A stretch of DNA of 32,000 nucleotides from Phycisphaera mikurensis NBRC 102666. GTDB lineage: Bacteria > Planctomycetota > Phycisphaerae > Phycisphaerales > Phycisphaeraceae. Shown here in pieces: positions 15,200-23,758 of this stretch; position 1 is the first letter of the stretch; each line of letters starts with the position of its first letter. A program made the position numbers and the translations under genes. The stretch covers positions 1-32,000 of the forward strand of contig NC_017081.1 of assembly GCF_000284115.1 (NCBI RefSeq), read 5' to 3'. Below the pieces are notes generated by a model. That model searched no databases. It had not been told where the DNA came from and saw only the letters and a list, made by a program, of their open reading frames with translations.

Positions 15200-17038
15200 A
15201 TGATCGGCCGCATGGAGTACACCATCGAGCGGTTCATGTGGAGCTATCAGGCACACTTCCGCATGGCCGCGGAGTTTGCGGCCGAAGGCGTGGCGAAGCA
15301 ACTGGGTCTGGAGCTTGAGCCAGAGGTCTTCCTGGTGGGTCTGCGGGTCGAGGAGCCCGCGGCGGTTGTTCATGCGGCTTGCGTGGAGCCAGAGGATCAC
15401 CACTGGGCCGATTCGGCAAGCATGGATCACCTCGCCGAGGAGATCGAAGCGGAGGTCAAGCGGGACCCGGCTGCGGAGATGTTCATCAGCCACCCCGTTG
15501 GGGCACGGCGTTACGCGGAGGGGCTGCGTGCCGCCGCCGTGCGGCGCCTCATCCTCGGACACCTCGAAGCCTGCGACCACCGGCCGCCCGGCCGACGCAT
15601 CCTCGTGTCCGGGGCGGTCCGCCGCGACGACCACTGGATCTGCATGGTGTTGACCGTGGACGAGCGGGTGTGGGAGGCCGTGCCCTCCATCGAGATGACC
15701 GGGCGGGAGGACCACCGCGGCAGCGTGTACCACGTCCCCGCGAGCCTCGCCGAAGCGGCGGTGAGGGAACTCTTCGCCGAAGTCTCGCGTGCTTTGACGA
15801 TGCCCGATGCCGGATCGGATCTGCACTTCCTCGACGCCTACGACGAACTCCTTCGAAGGGCTGGCGCGCGGTTCTTCTTCGGGCTGATCTCCCGGGGAGG
15901 CTTCGGGCAGCGGGGTGACACGCGGCAGTTTGCCGCTCTCGACGGTCTCTCGCTCGCGGCCTATGAGAAGCAGGAGGCCCGGGGGCGCATCGTCTTGCTC
16001 GGGCCCCTCGCGGCCGCGTCCGACGACGCATGGGCACCGCCTCTTTCGATCCGGTTCCGGGAGCCCCTCTCGATCCACAACCTCCGCGGCCTGCGGAAGG
16101 TGCTTTCCCTCACCAATGATTCCACCGCCGCGGTCTGCACGCCGGACGGTGTGATCGGCACCGCGTCCGGAGTGGGGAGCGCCGAGCCCGTTGCCGGCCG
16201 GCCGGTTCTGGCGTGCTTTGAGGGCCGAGCGGCGTGGAGCGTCCACGCGGAGGGCCGGGAGCTGATGCGGATTGAAGACGGCCGCCCCGGGCTTCCCGCT
16301 CAGCCTCTTGAACCCGTCGACTTCGCCTTCGAGCTCCGCCGGCGGGTGCCGGGGCTCGGGCGGCAAGACGCGGACGCTCTTGCCGGCCTTGCCACGACGC
16401 TCGCTGGCGCCGACCACGGGGCCGTGCTGGTGGTGACACCCGACGCGGCGGCGGAAGCGGGGCGGCTGCAGGCGACCTCATTGCCCATCGAGCCTGTCAC
16501 GTTGACCGAGCCACTGGCGCTGACCTTCGCCGGCATCGACGGGGCCACCCTCTGCGACGCCCGGATGCAGGTGCACGCCATCGGTGTGATCCTCGACGGG
16601 CTCGCCACCGAGAAGGGCGATCCCGCCCGCGGCGCCCGCCTCAACGCGACTCTGCGGTACGTCGAGTCGAGCCCGGGGCGTCGCTGCGCCATGGTGGTTT
16701 CGGAGGACGGAGGGATCGAACTGCTCCCGAAGCTCAAGCCAGCCGTCCACCCCGAGGAACGCCGTGCGGCTCTTGCCGAGCTGGCGCGGCTAGCCGACGA
16801 TGACCCCGAGCGTCACGCCCGCAAAGATGAGCTGGCGGCCATTGAGCGCGTCCGGCGTTGCGCTCACACGCTCGAAGATGATCACTGCGCAGCCGCAAAC
16901 CGGGACCTCGCGTCCATCGAGAGCCGATTCTACAAGGACGCCGAGTTCAAGATCACGACGCCGCCTTGGCGGGTGGACCCGTCTTTTGCGCCGGAGCGAG
17001 ACCTGCGAGAAGACGCGCCGCGAACCACGCAAGACTGA
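15200..17038 (+). CDS. Hypothetical protein with C-terminal diadenylate-cyclase-like (DisA_N/DAC fold) domain, RHR motif degenerate
   Basis: Track ORF 15185..17038; ATG candidates at 15200 and 15212. The C-terminal region HGAVLVV...IDGATLCD...VHAIGVIL...GARLNATLRY...AMVVSEDGGIELL is collinear with the CdaA/DisA motifs GALIVI...HDGAVII...AAAGCYL...GTRHRAA...IVVSEETGGISL. The N-terminal two-thirds is unrecognised. Confidence 0.7.
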   Translation: MIGRMEYTIERFMWSYQAHFRMAAEFAAEGVAKQLGLELEPEVFLVGLRVEEPAAVVHAACVEPEDHHWADSASMDHLAEEIEAEVKRDPAAEMFISHPVGARRYAEGLRAAAVRRLILGHLEACDHRPPGRRILVSGAVRRDDHWICMVLTVDERVWEAVPSIEMTGREDHRGSVYHVPASLAEAAVRELFAEVSRALTMPDAGSDLHFLDAYDELLRRAGARFFFGLISRGGFGQRGDTRQFAALDGLSLAAYEKQEARGRIVLLGPLAAASDDAWAPPLSIRFREPLSIHNLRGLRKVLSLTNDSTAAVCTPDGVIGTASGVGSAEPVAGRPVLACFEGRAAWSVHAEGRELMRIEDGRPGLPAQPLEPVDFAFELRRRVPGLGRQDADALAGLATTLAGADHGAVLVVTPDAAAEAGRLQATSLPIEPVTLTEPLALTFAGIDGATLCDARMQVHAIGVILDGLATEKGDPARGARLNATLRYVESSPGRRCAMVVSEDGGIELLPKLKPAVHPEERRAALAELARLADDDPERHARKDELAAIERVRRCAHTLEDDHCAAANRDLASIESRFYKDAEFKITTPPWRVDPSFAPERDLREDAPRTTQD

Positions 17039-17077
17039 AGAGCGACCTCGCCGGACCCAGGGCCAAGCACCGGTCGC

Positions 17078-17239
17078 TCAAGCCCACGCCGACTCCGCCC
17101 GCTTCATCGCGATCCGCTTCGCGGTGTAGAACAGCACCGGGTAGAGCAGAAGCTCCGCGACGAAGCTGGTGGTCAGCCCGCCGGGCGTGGGCGCGGCGAG
17201 CCGCTGCACCGTGCTGGCGCTGACGCGGGTGGCGATCGC
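17078..17239 (-). pseudogene. Truncated 3' remnant of a second cusA-like gene (direct repeat of the cusA 3' end)
   Basis: The minus-strand frame reads IATRVSASTVQRLAAPTPGGLTTSFVAELLLYPVLFYTAKRIAMKRAESAWA*, versus the intact CusA C-terminus FATGAGSDTMQRLAAPMIGGLATSFVAELLLYPVLFYSAKRIAMKRDAS*. Nucleotide similarity to 20066-20230 is obvious. The fragment starts right at the copB stop. Confidence 0.8.
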
Positions 17240-17251
17240 CTCGGGTGCGTC

Positions 17252-18187
17252 TCAGAAGCTCAGCCGCACGCCTGCGACCACTTCGAAGCGGTCGGCGGAG
17301 CCGCCCTCGGCCGCGATGATGTCGGCGGTGTTGCCGCTGGCGAAGCTGTAGCGGAGTCCTGCGTAGGGCGCCACCTCCCGGCGGGACTCGTAACGCAGAC
17401 GCAGCCCGAGGCTGGTGTTGGAGAGACCGGCACCCAGCCCGCGCTCGCGGTTGTCCTGCGCCTCCAGCCGCACCTCCGCCCGCGGCTGAAGCACAAGACG
17501 CTGGGTGATCCGCACGTCATAGGACGTCGTCAGCCGGAAGGAGACATCGGCGTCCTCGGAGAGAAACGCGCTGGCGTCGACCTCGAAGAGCCCGGGCGCA
17601 AGCCCCTGCACCGCGAGGGCGAGCGAGTACGTGTCGTCGTACACGCCGGGTGCCCAGGCGTTGGCGTACTGAAGCCCGGCCTGCGCGGACCAGAACGGCG
17701 TGACCAGGTAGGAGTACAGCACGTCGGTCTCGCTCTCGCCCTCGTCGGGACCTTCGAAGCCAGCCCCGCCCTCGGCCTTGACCACCAGCTTGTGGTAGTC
17801 GCCGCCGACCCAGTAGAGCGCGTCCCAGCCGAGCGTGTCGGGGCCGCCGTCGTCGATCCGCCACTCGAGTTGCTCGACGAGGAGCAGGTCGTAGATCTGG
17901 CTGTCCATCACCGGGAGGTGGTACTCGGTGGGCGGGTCGCCCGCGGCGGCGTCGAGTACCTCGTCAAGGGTCAGGCCTGTAGGCAGCGGCGGGTCGAGCC
18001 ACTCGCCGGCGGTGGCCGGTGCGGGCGGGGACGTGGTCTCCGCCGATGGCGCCCCGGGCGTCTCTAACATCGGCATGCTCATCGTGTGCTCCGGCTCGGG
18101 TTGTGCCCGAAGAACGGGCGCCAGGAGAAGGAGCAGCGCCGCGGCGAGGGCGTGACGCGCGGTGAAGCGGGGATCAGGACTTCGCAT
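17252..18187 (-). CDS. copB: Copper resistance protein B (CopB/PcoB outer-membrane protein)
   Basis: Signal peptide, Met-rich N-terminus (HTMSMPMLE), and the LEWRIDDGGPDTLGWDALYWVGGDYHKLVVKAEGG core typical of CopB. The start overlaps the copA stop by 14 nt. Confidence 0.85.
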   Translation of the reverse strand: MRSPDPRFTARHALAAALLLLLAPVLRAQPEPEHTMSMPMLETPGAPSAETTSPPAPATAGEWLDPPLPTGLTLDEVLDAAAGDPPTEYHLPVMDSQIYDLLLVEQLEWRIDDGGPDTLGWDALYWVGGDYHKLVVKAEGGAGFEGPDEGESETDVLYSYLVTPFWSAQAGLQYANAWAPGVYDDTYSLALAVQGLAPGLFEVDASAFLSEDADVSFRLTTSYDVRITQRLVLQPRAEVRLEAQDNRERGLGAGLSNTSLGLRLRYESRREVAPYAGLRYSFASGNTADIIAAEGGSADRFEVVAGVRLSF

Positions 18188-20045
18188 CTTGCGCCTCCCC
18201 TTCCAGGCTGCGGACGACGGCGACGGTGCGGAACATGCCGACCTCCATGTGGTAGAGCAGGTGGCAGTGGAAGGCCCAGTGGCCCGGGGCGTCGGCGGTT
18301 ACGTCGATGCTGAGCAGCTCGGCGGGCTGCACGATCGTGGTGTGCTTCCGCGGGATCTTGTCGTAGGGCTGGCCGTTGTGCAGGTCGCTCCACATCCCAT
18401 GCAGGTGCATGGGGTGAGGCATCATCGTGTCGTTCACGTAGTTGATGCGGAGCCGCTCCCCGTAGACGAAGCGGATCATCTCGCTCTGGGACCACTTCTT
18501 CCCGTCGATGCCCCAGATGTACCGGCCCATGTTGCCGGTGAGGTGCAGCGTCATCTCCCGCGTGGGCGGCCGCCGGTCGGCGGGGGTTTCCACGCACCGC
18601 AGGTCGGCGTAGGTGAGCACCCGCCAGCCATCGGAGCCCAGCCCGGTGCCCGGTTCGGCGGAGCGGCGGTAGGCGACCATCGCGACCGTCGAGTTCCCGG
18701 CCCCGTGCTCGTCGGGCCCGTGCATCACTTCGTCCGGGAGGTTCTCGACCGGGAGCGTGCCCCCGCCCCCGCCCCCGCCCCCGGGCATCTCCATCCCGCT
18801 CATGTCGCCGCCCCCGCCCCCGGGCATGTCCATCCCCGCCATGCCTCCGGGCCCGTCCATGCCCTTCATGCCCATGTCCGCCATGGTCAGCATGGCCCGC
18901 TCCCGCCGCGCGGGCAGCGGCCCAGCCCGGCCGGGGTCGGTGCCAATCGTCGCCCGGGCGAAGCCGCTGCGGTCGGCGCTCTCGCAGAAGAGCGTGAGCG
19001 GCCCCGCGCCCGCCGAGGCCGGGGGCACGGTGAAGAGCACGTCATAGGTCTCGGCCACGCCGATGCGGAACTCGGATACCTCCACCGGCTCGACGCCGTG
19101 GCCGTCGGCCCCGACGACCGTGAGCGGGAGCGGAAGCAGCGCACCGTCCGCGGACCCGACCACCCGGACGTCGAAAAAGGTCATCGCCGAGGCATTCGCC
19201 ACCCGCAGCCGGACCCGCTGGCCAGGCCGCACCCGGAGGAAGCCCCCGTCGTCGGGTCCGCGTCCGTTGACCAGGTACGTGTAGATCGAGCCGGTGACGT
19301 CGGCGAGGTCCGTGGGGTCCATCCGCATCTTCTGGAAGGACCAGCGGACCCCGAGCACCTCCGGGATCGACCGATCCTCGCGGCGGGCCTGGTTGCTCAG
19401 GTTCGCCAGCGTCGGCTTCTGGAAGTTGTAGTACCCCTCCTTGGTCTTGAGGTTGTCGAGCACGCGGTGGGGGTCTTCGAAGGTCCAGTCCGAGAGAACG
19501 ACAGGGTGCTCCACGTCGGCGGGCTCCGAGGCGTCCGGCCCCTCGGGCTCGACGACGATCATCCCGTAGTGGCCCACCTGCTCCTGCAGCTCGGTGTGGC
19601 TGTGGTACCAGTAGGTCCCGGCCTGGCGGACCGGGAAGCGGACCTCGAAGGTCGTGCCCGGGTCGATCCCCGCGTAGCTGATGCCCGGCACGCCGTCCAT
19701 CGTGTAGGGGACGATGAGCCCGTGCCAGTGGACCGAGGTCAATTCCTCCAGCCCGTTGTGAACCCGGATGAGCGCCTCGGCCCCCTGCTTCATGCGGACG
19801 ATGGGCCCGGGAACGGCCCCGTTGAGCGAGATCGCTTCGGTCTGGGCGCCGGCGATCCTCAGGTGTTGCCGCGCGACGTAAAGGTCCGCCCCGCCGGGGG
19901 CGGAGGCGTCGATGGAGGGCAGCGCCGCGGAGGGTCGTGGAGCCGGAGCGGCGAAGAGCCGCGAGGGCGCGAAAGCCGCGACGCCGGCGAGGCCGACCGC
20001 GGATGTCACGAAGCGGCGGCGGCCGATGGGTGGGGGTTGAAGCAT
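18174..20045 (-). CDS. copA: Multicopper oxidase CopA/PcoA (Tat-exported)
   Basis: ATG at 20045 with twin-arginine signal IGRRRFVTSAVGLAG. Copper-binding motifs HWHG, YHSH, HPMHLHG and HCHLLYHMEVGM, plus a Met/Gly-rich insert (MADMGMKGMDGPGGMAGMDMPGG...). The 1266-aa track ORF is an artefactual upstream extension. Confidence 0.9.
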   Translation of the reverse strand: MLQPPPIGRRRFVTSAVGLAGVAAFAPSRLFAAPAPRPSAALPSIDASAPGGADLYVARQHLRIAGAQTEAISLNGAVPGPIVRMKQGAEALIRVHNGLEELTSVHWHGLIVPYTMDGVPGISYAGIDPGTTFEVRFPVRQAGTYWYHSHTELQEQVGHYGMIVVEPEGPDASEPADVEHPVVLSDWTFEDPHRVLDNLKTKEGYYNFQKPTLANLSNQARREDRSIPEVLGVRWSFQKMRMDPTDLADVTGSIYTYLVNGRGPDDGGFLRVRPGQRVRLRVANASAMTFFDVRVVGSADGALLPLPLTVVGADGHGVEPVEVSEFRIGVAETYDVLFTVPPASAGAGPLTLFCESADRSGFARATIGTDPGRAGPLPARRERAMLTMADMGMKGMDGPGGMAGMDMPGGGGGDMSGMEMPGGGGGGGGTLPVENLPDEVMHGPDEHGAGNSTVAMVAYRRSAEPGTGLGSDGWRVLTYADLRCVETPADRRPPTREMTLHLTGNMGRYIWGIDGKKWSQSEMIRFVYGERLRINYVNDTMMPHPMHLHGMWSDLHNGQPYDKIPRKHTTIVQPAELLSIDVTADAPGHWAFHCHLLYHMEVGMFRTVAVVRSLEGEAQDAKS

Positions 20046-20065
20046 CGCTGTTTTCAGGTGAAGGG

Positions 20066-23000
20066 TCAGGAGGCGTCTCGCTTCATCGCGATCCGCTTGG
20101 CGGAGTAGAAGAGCACCGGGTAGAGCAGCAGCTCGGCGACGAAGCTGGTGGCGAGACCGCCGATCATCGGGGCGGCGAGGCGCTGCATCGTGTCGGAGCC
20201 GGCGCCGGTCGCGAAGAGCAGCGGCATCAGGCCGATGAAGGTGGTCATCACCGTCATCGTCTTGGGTCGGATCCGCTGGACGGCGCCGTCGTGGACGGCG
20301 TGCATCAGGTCGTCGGTCGTGTTCAGCCGGCCCTCGCGCTTGAAGCGCTCGTGGCTGTCGTCGAGGTAGAGCAGCATCACCAGGCCGGTCTCGGCGTCGA
20401 GCCCGGCGAGTGCGATGACGCCCACCCACACGGCCAGCGACATGTCGTAGCCGAGGAACCAGGTGAACCACGCGGCGCCGATCAGCGAGAAGGGCACGGC
20501 GAGCAGCACGATGCCCACCCGCAGCCAGCTCCGCGTGGCGACGAAGAGCAGGAGCAGGATCACCACCGCGGCCAGCGGGATCGCGAGTTGCAGCCGCTCC
20601 CGGGCGTCCTGCATGTACTCGTACTGGCCCGACCAGCGGACGGTGTAGCCCGGCGGCAGCTCCAGCCGCTCGGCCACGACGGCCTGCGCCGCCTCGACGA
20701 AGGTGCCGATGTCGGTGTCCTTGATGTCGACGTACACCCAGCTGGTCGGCCGGGCGTCCTCGCTCTTGATCATCGGCGGCCCACGCCGGATGACGACCTT
20801 GGCGAGCTGGCCCAGCGGGACCTGAGCGCCGCCGGGCGTGGCGACGAGCACCTTCTCCAGCGACTCGGGGTCGTCGCGCAGCTCCCGCGGGTAGCGGAGG
20901 CTCACCGGGTAGCGCTCCAGCCCCTCCACCGTGGAGGTGACGTTCATGCCGCCCACCGCGGTCATCACCACGTCCGCCAGGTCGCCCGAGGAGAGCCCGT
21001 AGCGGGCGATCGCCTCGCGGTCCACGTCCAGGTCGAGGTAGTTGCCCCCGACGGTCTTGTCCGGGAAGGCGCTGGCGAGCGTGGTGCGGGTCCGCTCGTC
21101 GGTCTTCAGGAGGTCGGCGACCTCGCCGGCCAGGTCCGAGAGCACGGTGAGGTCCGGGCCCATGATCTTCACGCCCACCGGCGTGCGGATGCCGGTGGAG
21201 AGCATGTCGATCCGGGTGCGGATCGGCATCGTCCAGGCGTTGGAGAGCCCGGGGATCTGCAGGGCGTCGTTCATGCCCGGGATGCGGAAGCCCCTGCCGC
21301 CCCGGTCGACGCCGAGCTGCGCGTCGGTGAGTTCGTACCCGTAGATCAGCTCGTCGGGGGTGATCGTCCGCGTGGGCGGCAGCAGCTTCGAGGGCGCCCA
21401 CGCCAGCCAGCCGGGCCAGCCGGAGTAGAAGCGCTCCACCGGCCGCTTCCGCCACGCCACCTCGTCGCGGTGGAGCGTGATCGTCGTCTCGAGCATCGAC
21501 ACCGGCGCCGGGTCGGTCGCGGTCTCGGCCCGGCCGATCTTCCCGAAGACGTGCTCGACCTCGGGGAAGGCGGCGATCAGCGCGTCGGTCTGCGCCAGCA
21601 GCTCGGTCGCCTTGGAGACGCTGATCCCCGGATCGGTGGTGGGCATGTACAGGAGGTCGCCCTCCTCCAGCGGCGGCATGAACTCCGAGCCCAGCTTCGA
21701 CCAGGGGTAGAGCGTGCTGCTCATCAGGAGCGCCGCGATCAGGATCGTCAGCGCCCGGTGCTTCATCGTGAAGCGGAAGAAGGGCTCGTAGGCGGCGCGG
21801 ATCACCCGGCTGATCGGGTTGTCGTCCTCGTTGGAGATCCGCTGCCGCGGGACGAGCAGGAGCACGGCCAGGGCGCCGCCGACCGCAACGAGCCAGCGGC
21901 TGTCCTCCAGCGCCCCCAGCGGGAGGAAGGCGAAGAGACCGAAGGTTCCCACCGCGCAGAGCGCCGCGACCCACTTCCGGGGGCCGCCCTCGCGGAGCGT
22001 GTACACCATCACCACCGGGATCAGCGTGACGGCCACGCCCGCGGCGGCGGCCATGGCGAAGGTCTTGGTGTACGCCAGCGGCTTGAAGAGCCGGCCGCTC
22101 TGGCCGTCGAGCACGAAGATCGGCAGGAAGCTGACCATGATGATCAGCAGCGAGAAGAACAGCGTGGGGCCGACCTCCGCCGAGGCGTCGGCGATCACCG
22201 ACGCGTGGCTGCGCGGCGGCTCGCCCGCCTCGCGCTGGTGGTGCTCTCGCTCCAGGTGCTTGTGCGCGTTCTCGACCATCACGATCGAGCTGTCCACCAT
22301 CACGCCGATCGAGATCGCGATGCCGCCCAGGCTCATGATGTTCGCGTTCAGGCCCAGCGCGTACATGACGCCCAGCGTGAGCAGCACCCCCGCGGGCAGC
22401 ACCAGCGCGGCGACCAGGGCGCTGCGGGCGTGCAGCAGGAAGATCAGGATGACGCAGCCGACCACGAGGATCTCCTCGGTCAGCGTCCCGGTGACGGTGT
22501 GGATCGCCCGCTCGATGAGGTCGCTACGGTCGTAGGCGACCTCGACCGCCACGCCGGGCGGCAGGCCCTCCTCCAGCTCGAAGAGCCGATCGCGGACGCG
22601 GCCGATCGTCGCCTGGGCGTTCTCGCCGAAGCGCATGATGACCACGCCGCCGGCGGTCTCGCCCTCCCCGTCCCACTCGGCGACGCCGCGGCGGATCTCC
22701 GGGCCGATGGCGACCTCGGCGACGTCGCGGAGGTAGATCGGAGCGCCGTCTTCGTTCGCCCCCAGCGAGATCGAGCGGAGGTCTTCGAGCACCCGGTCGG
22801 TCTGTTCCCGCCCCAGGGCGTCTTCCGCGGACCCCTCCGTGGGGTCTCCCGTGCCGAGGTAGCCGCGGCCGCGGACCATGAACTCGGTCTCGCCGCGCTC
22901 CACCACGCGGCCGCCTACATCGCGGTTGCTCCGCTGAATGGCCGCACGGACCTTGCCCAGCGGGAGCCCATACGCCAGCAGCCGGTTGGGGTCGACCGTC

Positions 23001-23758
23001 ACCTGGTACTGCTTCACGAAGCCGCCGATGGCGGCGACCTCGCTCACGCCCTGCACCGTCGTCAACTCGTAGCGGAGGTACCAGTCTTGGAGGCTCCGCA
23101 GCTCGGCGAGGCTCACGTCCGGCTTCGCCAGCGGCGAGCCGTCCAGCGGACAAACCTCCGCGTCGTGGTCGAAGACGCGAACCCGTTTGGTTTCGATCCC
23201 ATCGGGCTTCTCCGCAAACCACTCCGCCTCGCCCCCGTGAGCACCGTCCGCTCTCCAGAGGCCATCGGGGTGGTCCGGGCACCAGGGCCCGGTGGTGAGC
23301 ACGTACTGGTAGACCCAGCCCACGGCGGTCGCGTCGGGACCGAGCTGGGGCGACACCCCCTCGGGCAGCCGGGCGTTCACCACCGAGAGCTGCTCGAGCA
23401 CGCGGCTGCGGGCCCAGTACAGGTCCGTCCCGTCGGCGAAGATGATGTAGACGAAGCTCGTGCCGAACATCGAGTACCCGCGCACGACCTGGGCGTCGGG
23501 CACCGCGAGCATCGCGGTCGTCAGGGGGTAGGTCACCTGGTCCTGCACGATCCCCGGGGCCTGTCCCGGGAACTCGGTCCGCACGACCACCTGCACGTCG
23601 GAGAGGTCCGGCAGCGCATCGACGGTGATGTGCCGCGCGGCGTACACGCCGCCCACGGCGGTGATCGCGGCGAGCAGCAACACGAGCAGGCGGTTGGCCA
23701 CGCAGGCGCGGATCAGCTTCGCGGTGAAGCCTTCCCTGGCGTTGGGGTCAGCGAGCAT
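20066..23758 (-). CDS. cusA: CusA/CzcA-family heavy-metal RND efflux permease
   Basis: 1230-aa ORF with full-length RND architecture. The N-terminus FTAKLIRACVANRLLVLLLA and C-terminus are typical of CusA. The start overlaps the cusB end. Confidence 0.95.
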   Translation of the reverse strand: MLADPNAREGFTAKLIRACVANRLLVLLLAAITAVGGVYAARHITVDALPDLSDVQVVVRTEFPGQAPGIVQDQVTYPLTTAMLAVPDAQVVRGYSMFGTSFVYIIFADGTDLYWARSRVLEQLSVVNARLPEGVSPQLGPDATAVGWVYQYVLTTGPWCPDHPDGLWRADGAHGGEAEWFAEKPDGIETKRVRVFDHDAEVCPLDGSPLAKPDVSLAELRSLQDWYLRYELTTVQGVSEVAAIGGFVKQYQVTVDPNRLLAYGLPLGKVRAAIQRSNRDVGGRVVERGETEFMVRGRGYLGTGDPTEGSAEDALGREQTDRVLEDLRSISLGANEDGAPIYLRDVAEVAIGPEIRRGVAEWDGEGETAGGVVIMRFGENAQATIGRVRDRLFELEEGLPPGVAVEVAYDRSDLIERAIHTVTGTLTEEILVVGCVILIFLLHARSALVAALVLPAGVLLTLGVMYALGLNANIMSLGGIAISIGVMVDSSIVMVENAHKHLEREHHQREAGEPPRSHASVIADASAEVGPTLFFSLLIIMVSFLPIFVLDGQSGRLFKPLAYTKTFAMAAAAGVAVTLIPVVMVYTLREGGPRKWVAALCAVGTFGLFAFLPLGALEDSRWLVAVGGALAVLLLVPRQRISNEDDNPISRVIRAAYEPFFRFTMKHRALTILIAALLMSSTLYPWSKLGSEFMPPLEEGDLLYMPTTDPGISVSKATELLAQTDALIAAFPEVEHVFGKIGRAETATDPAPVSMLETTITLHRDEVAWRKRPVERFYSGWPGWLAWAPSKLLPPTRTITPDELIYGYELTDAQLGVDRGGRGFRIPGMNDALQIPGLSNAWTMPIRTRIDMLSTGIRTPVGVKIMGPDLTVLSDLAGEVADLLKTDERTRTTLASAFPDKTVGGNYLDLDVDREAIARYGLSSGDLADVVMTAVGGMNVTSTVEGLERYPVSLRYPRELRDDPESLEKVLVATPGGAQVPLGQLAKVVIRRGPPMIKSEDARPTSWVYVDIKDTDIGTFVEAAQAVVAERLELPPGYTVRWSGQYEYMQDARERLQLAIPLAAVVILLLLFVATRSWLRVGIVLLAVPFSLIGAAWFTWFLGYDMSLAVWVGVIALAGLDAETGLVMLLYLDDSHERFKREGRLNTTDDLMHAVHDGAVQRIRPKTMTVMTTFIGLMPLLFATGAGSDTMQRLAAPMIGGLATSFVAELLLYPVLFYSAKRIAMKRDAS

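Noticed and set aside
17040-17079. 8-bp stem GAGCGACC/GGTCGCTC between the convergent DAC-like gene and the cusA remnant as a bidirectional terminator
   Set aside because: The loop is about 24 nt and there are no flanking T/A runs. It is too weak to call.
18174-21974. 1266-aa ORF on the minus strand spanning copA and part of cusA
   Set aside because: Only the last 623 codons (from ATG 20045, with a Tat signal) look like a protein, namely CopA. The upstream 640 codons are an Arg/Gly/Ala/Pro-rich out-of-frame read-through of the cusA region.
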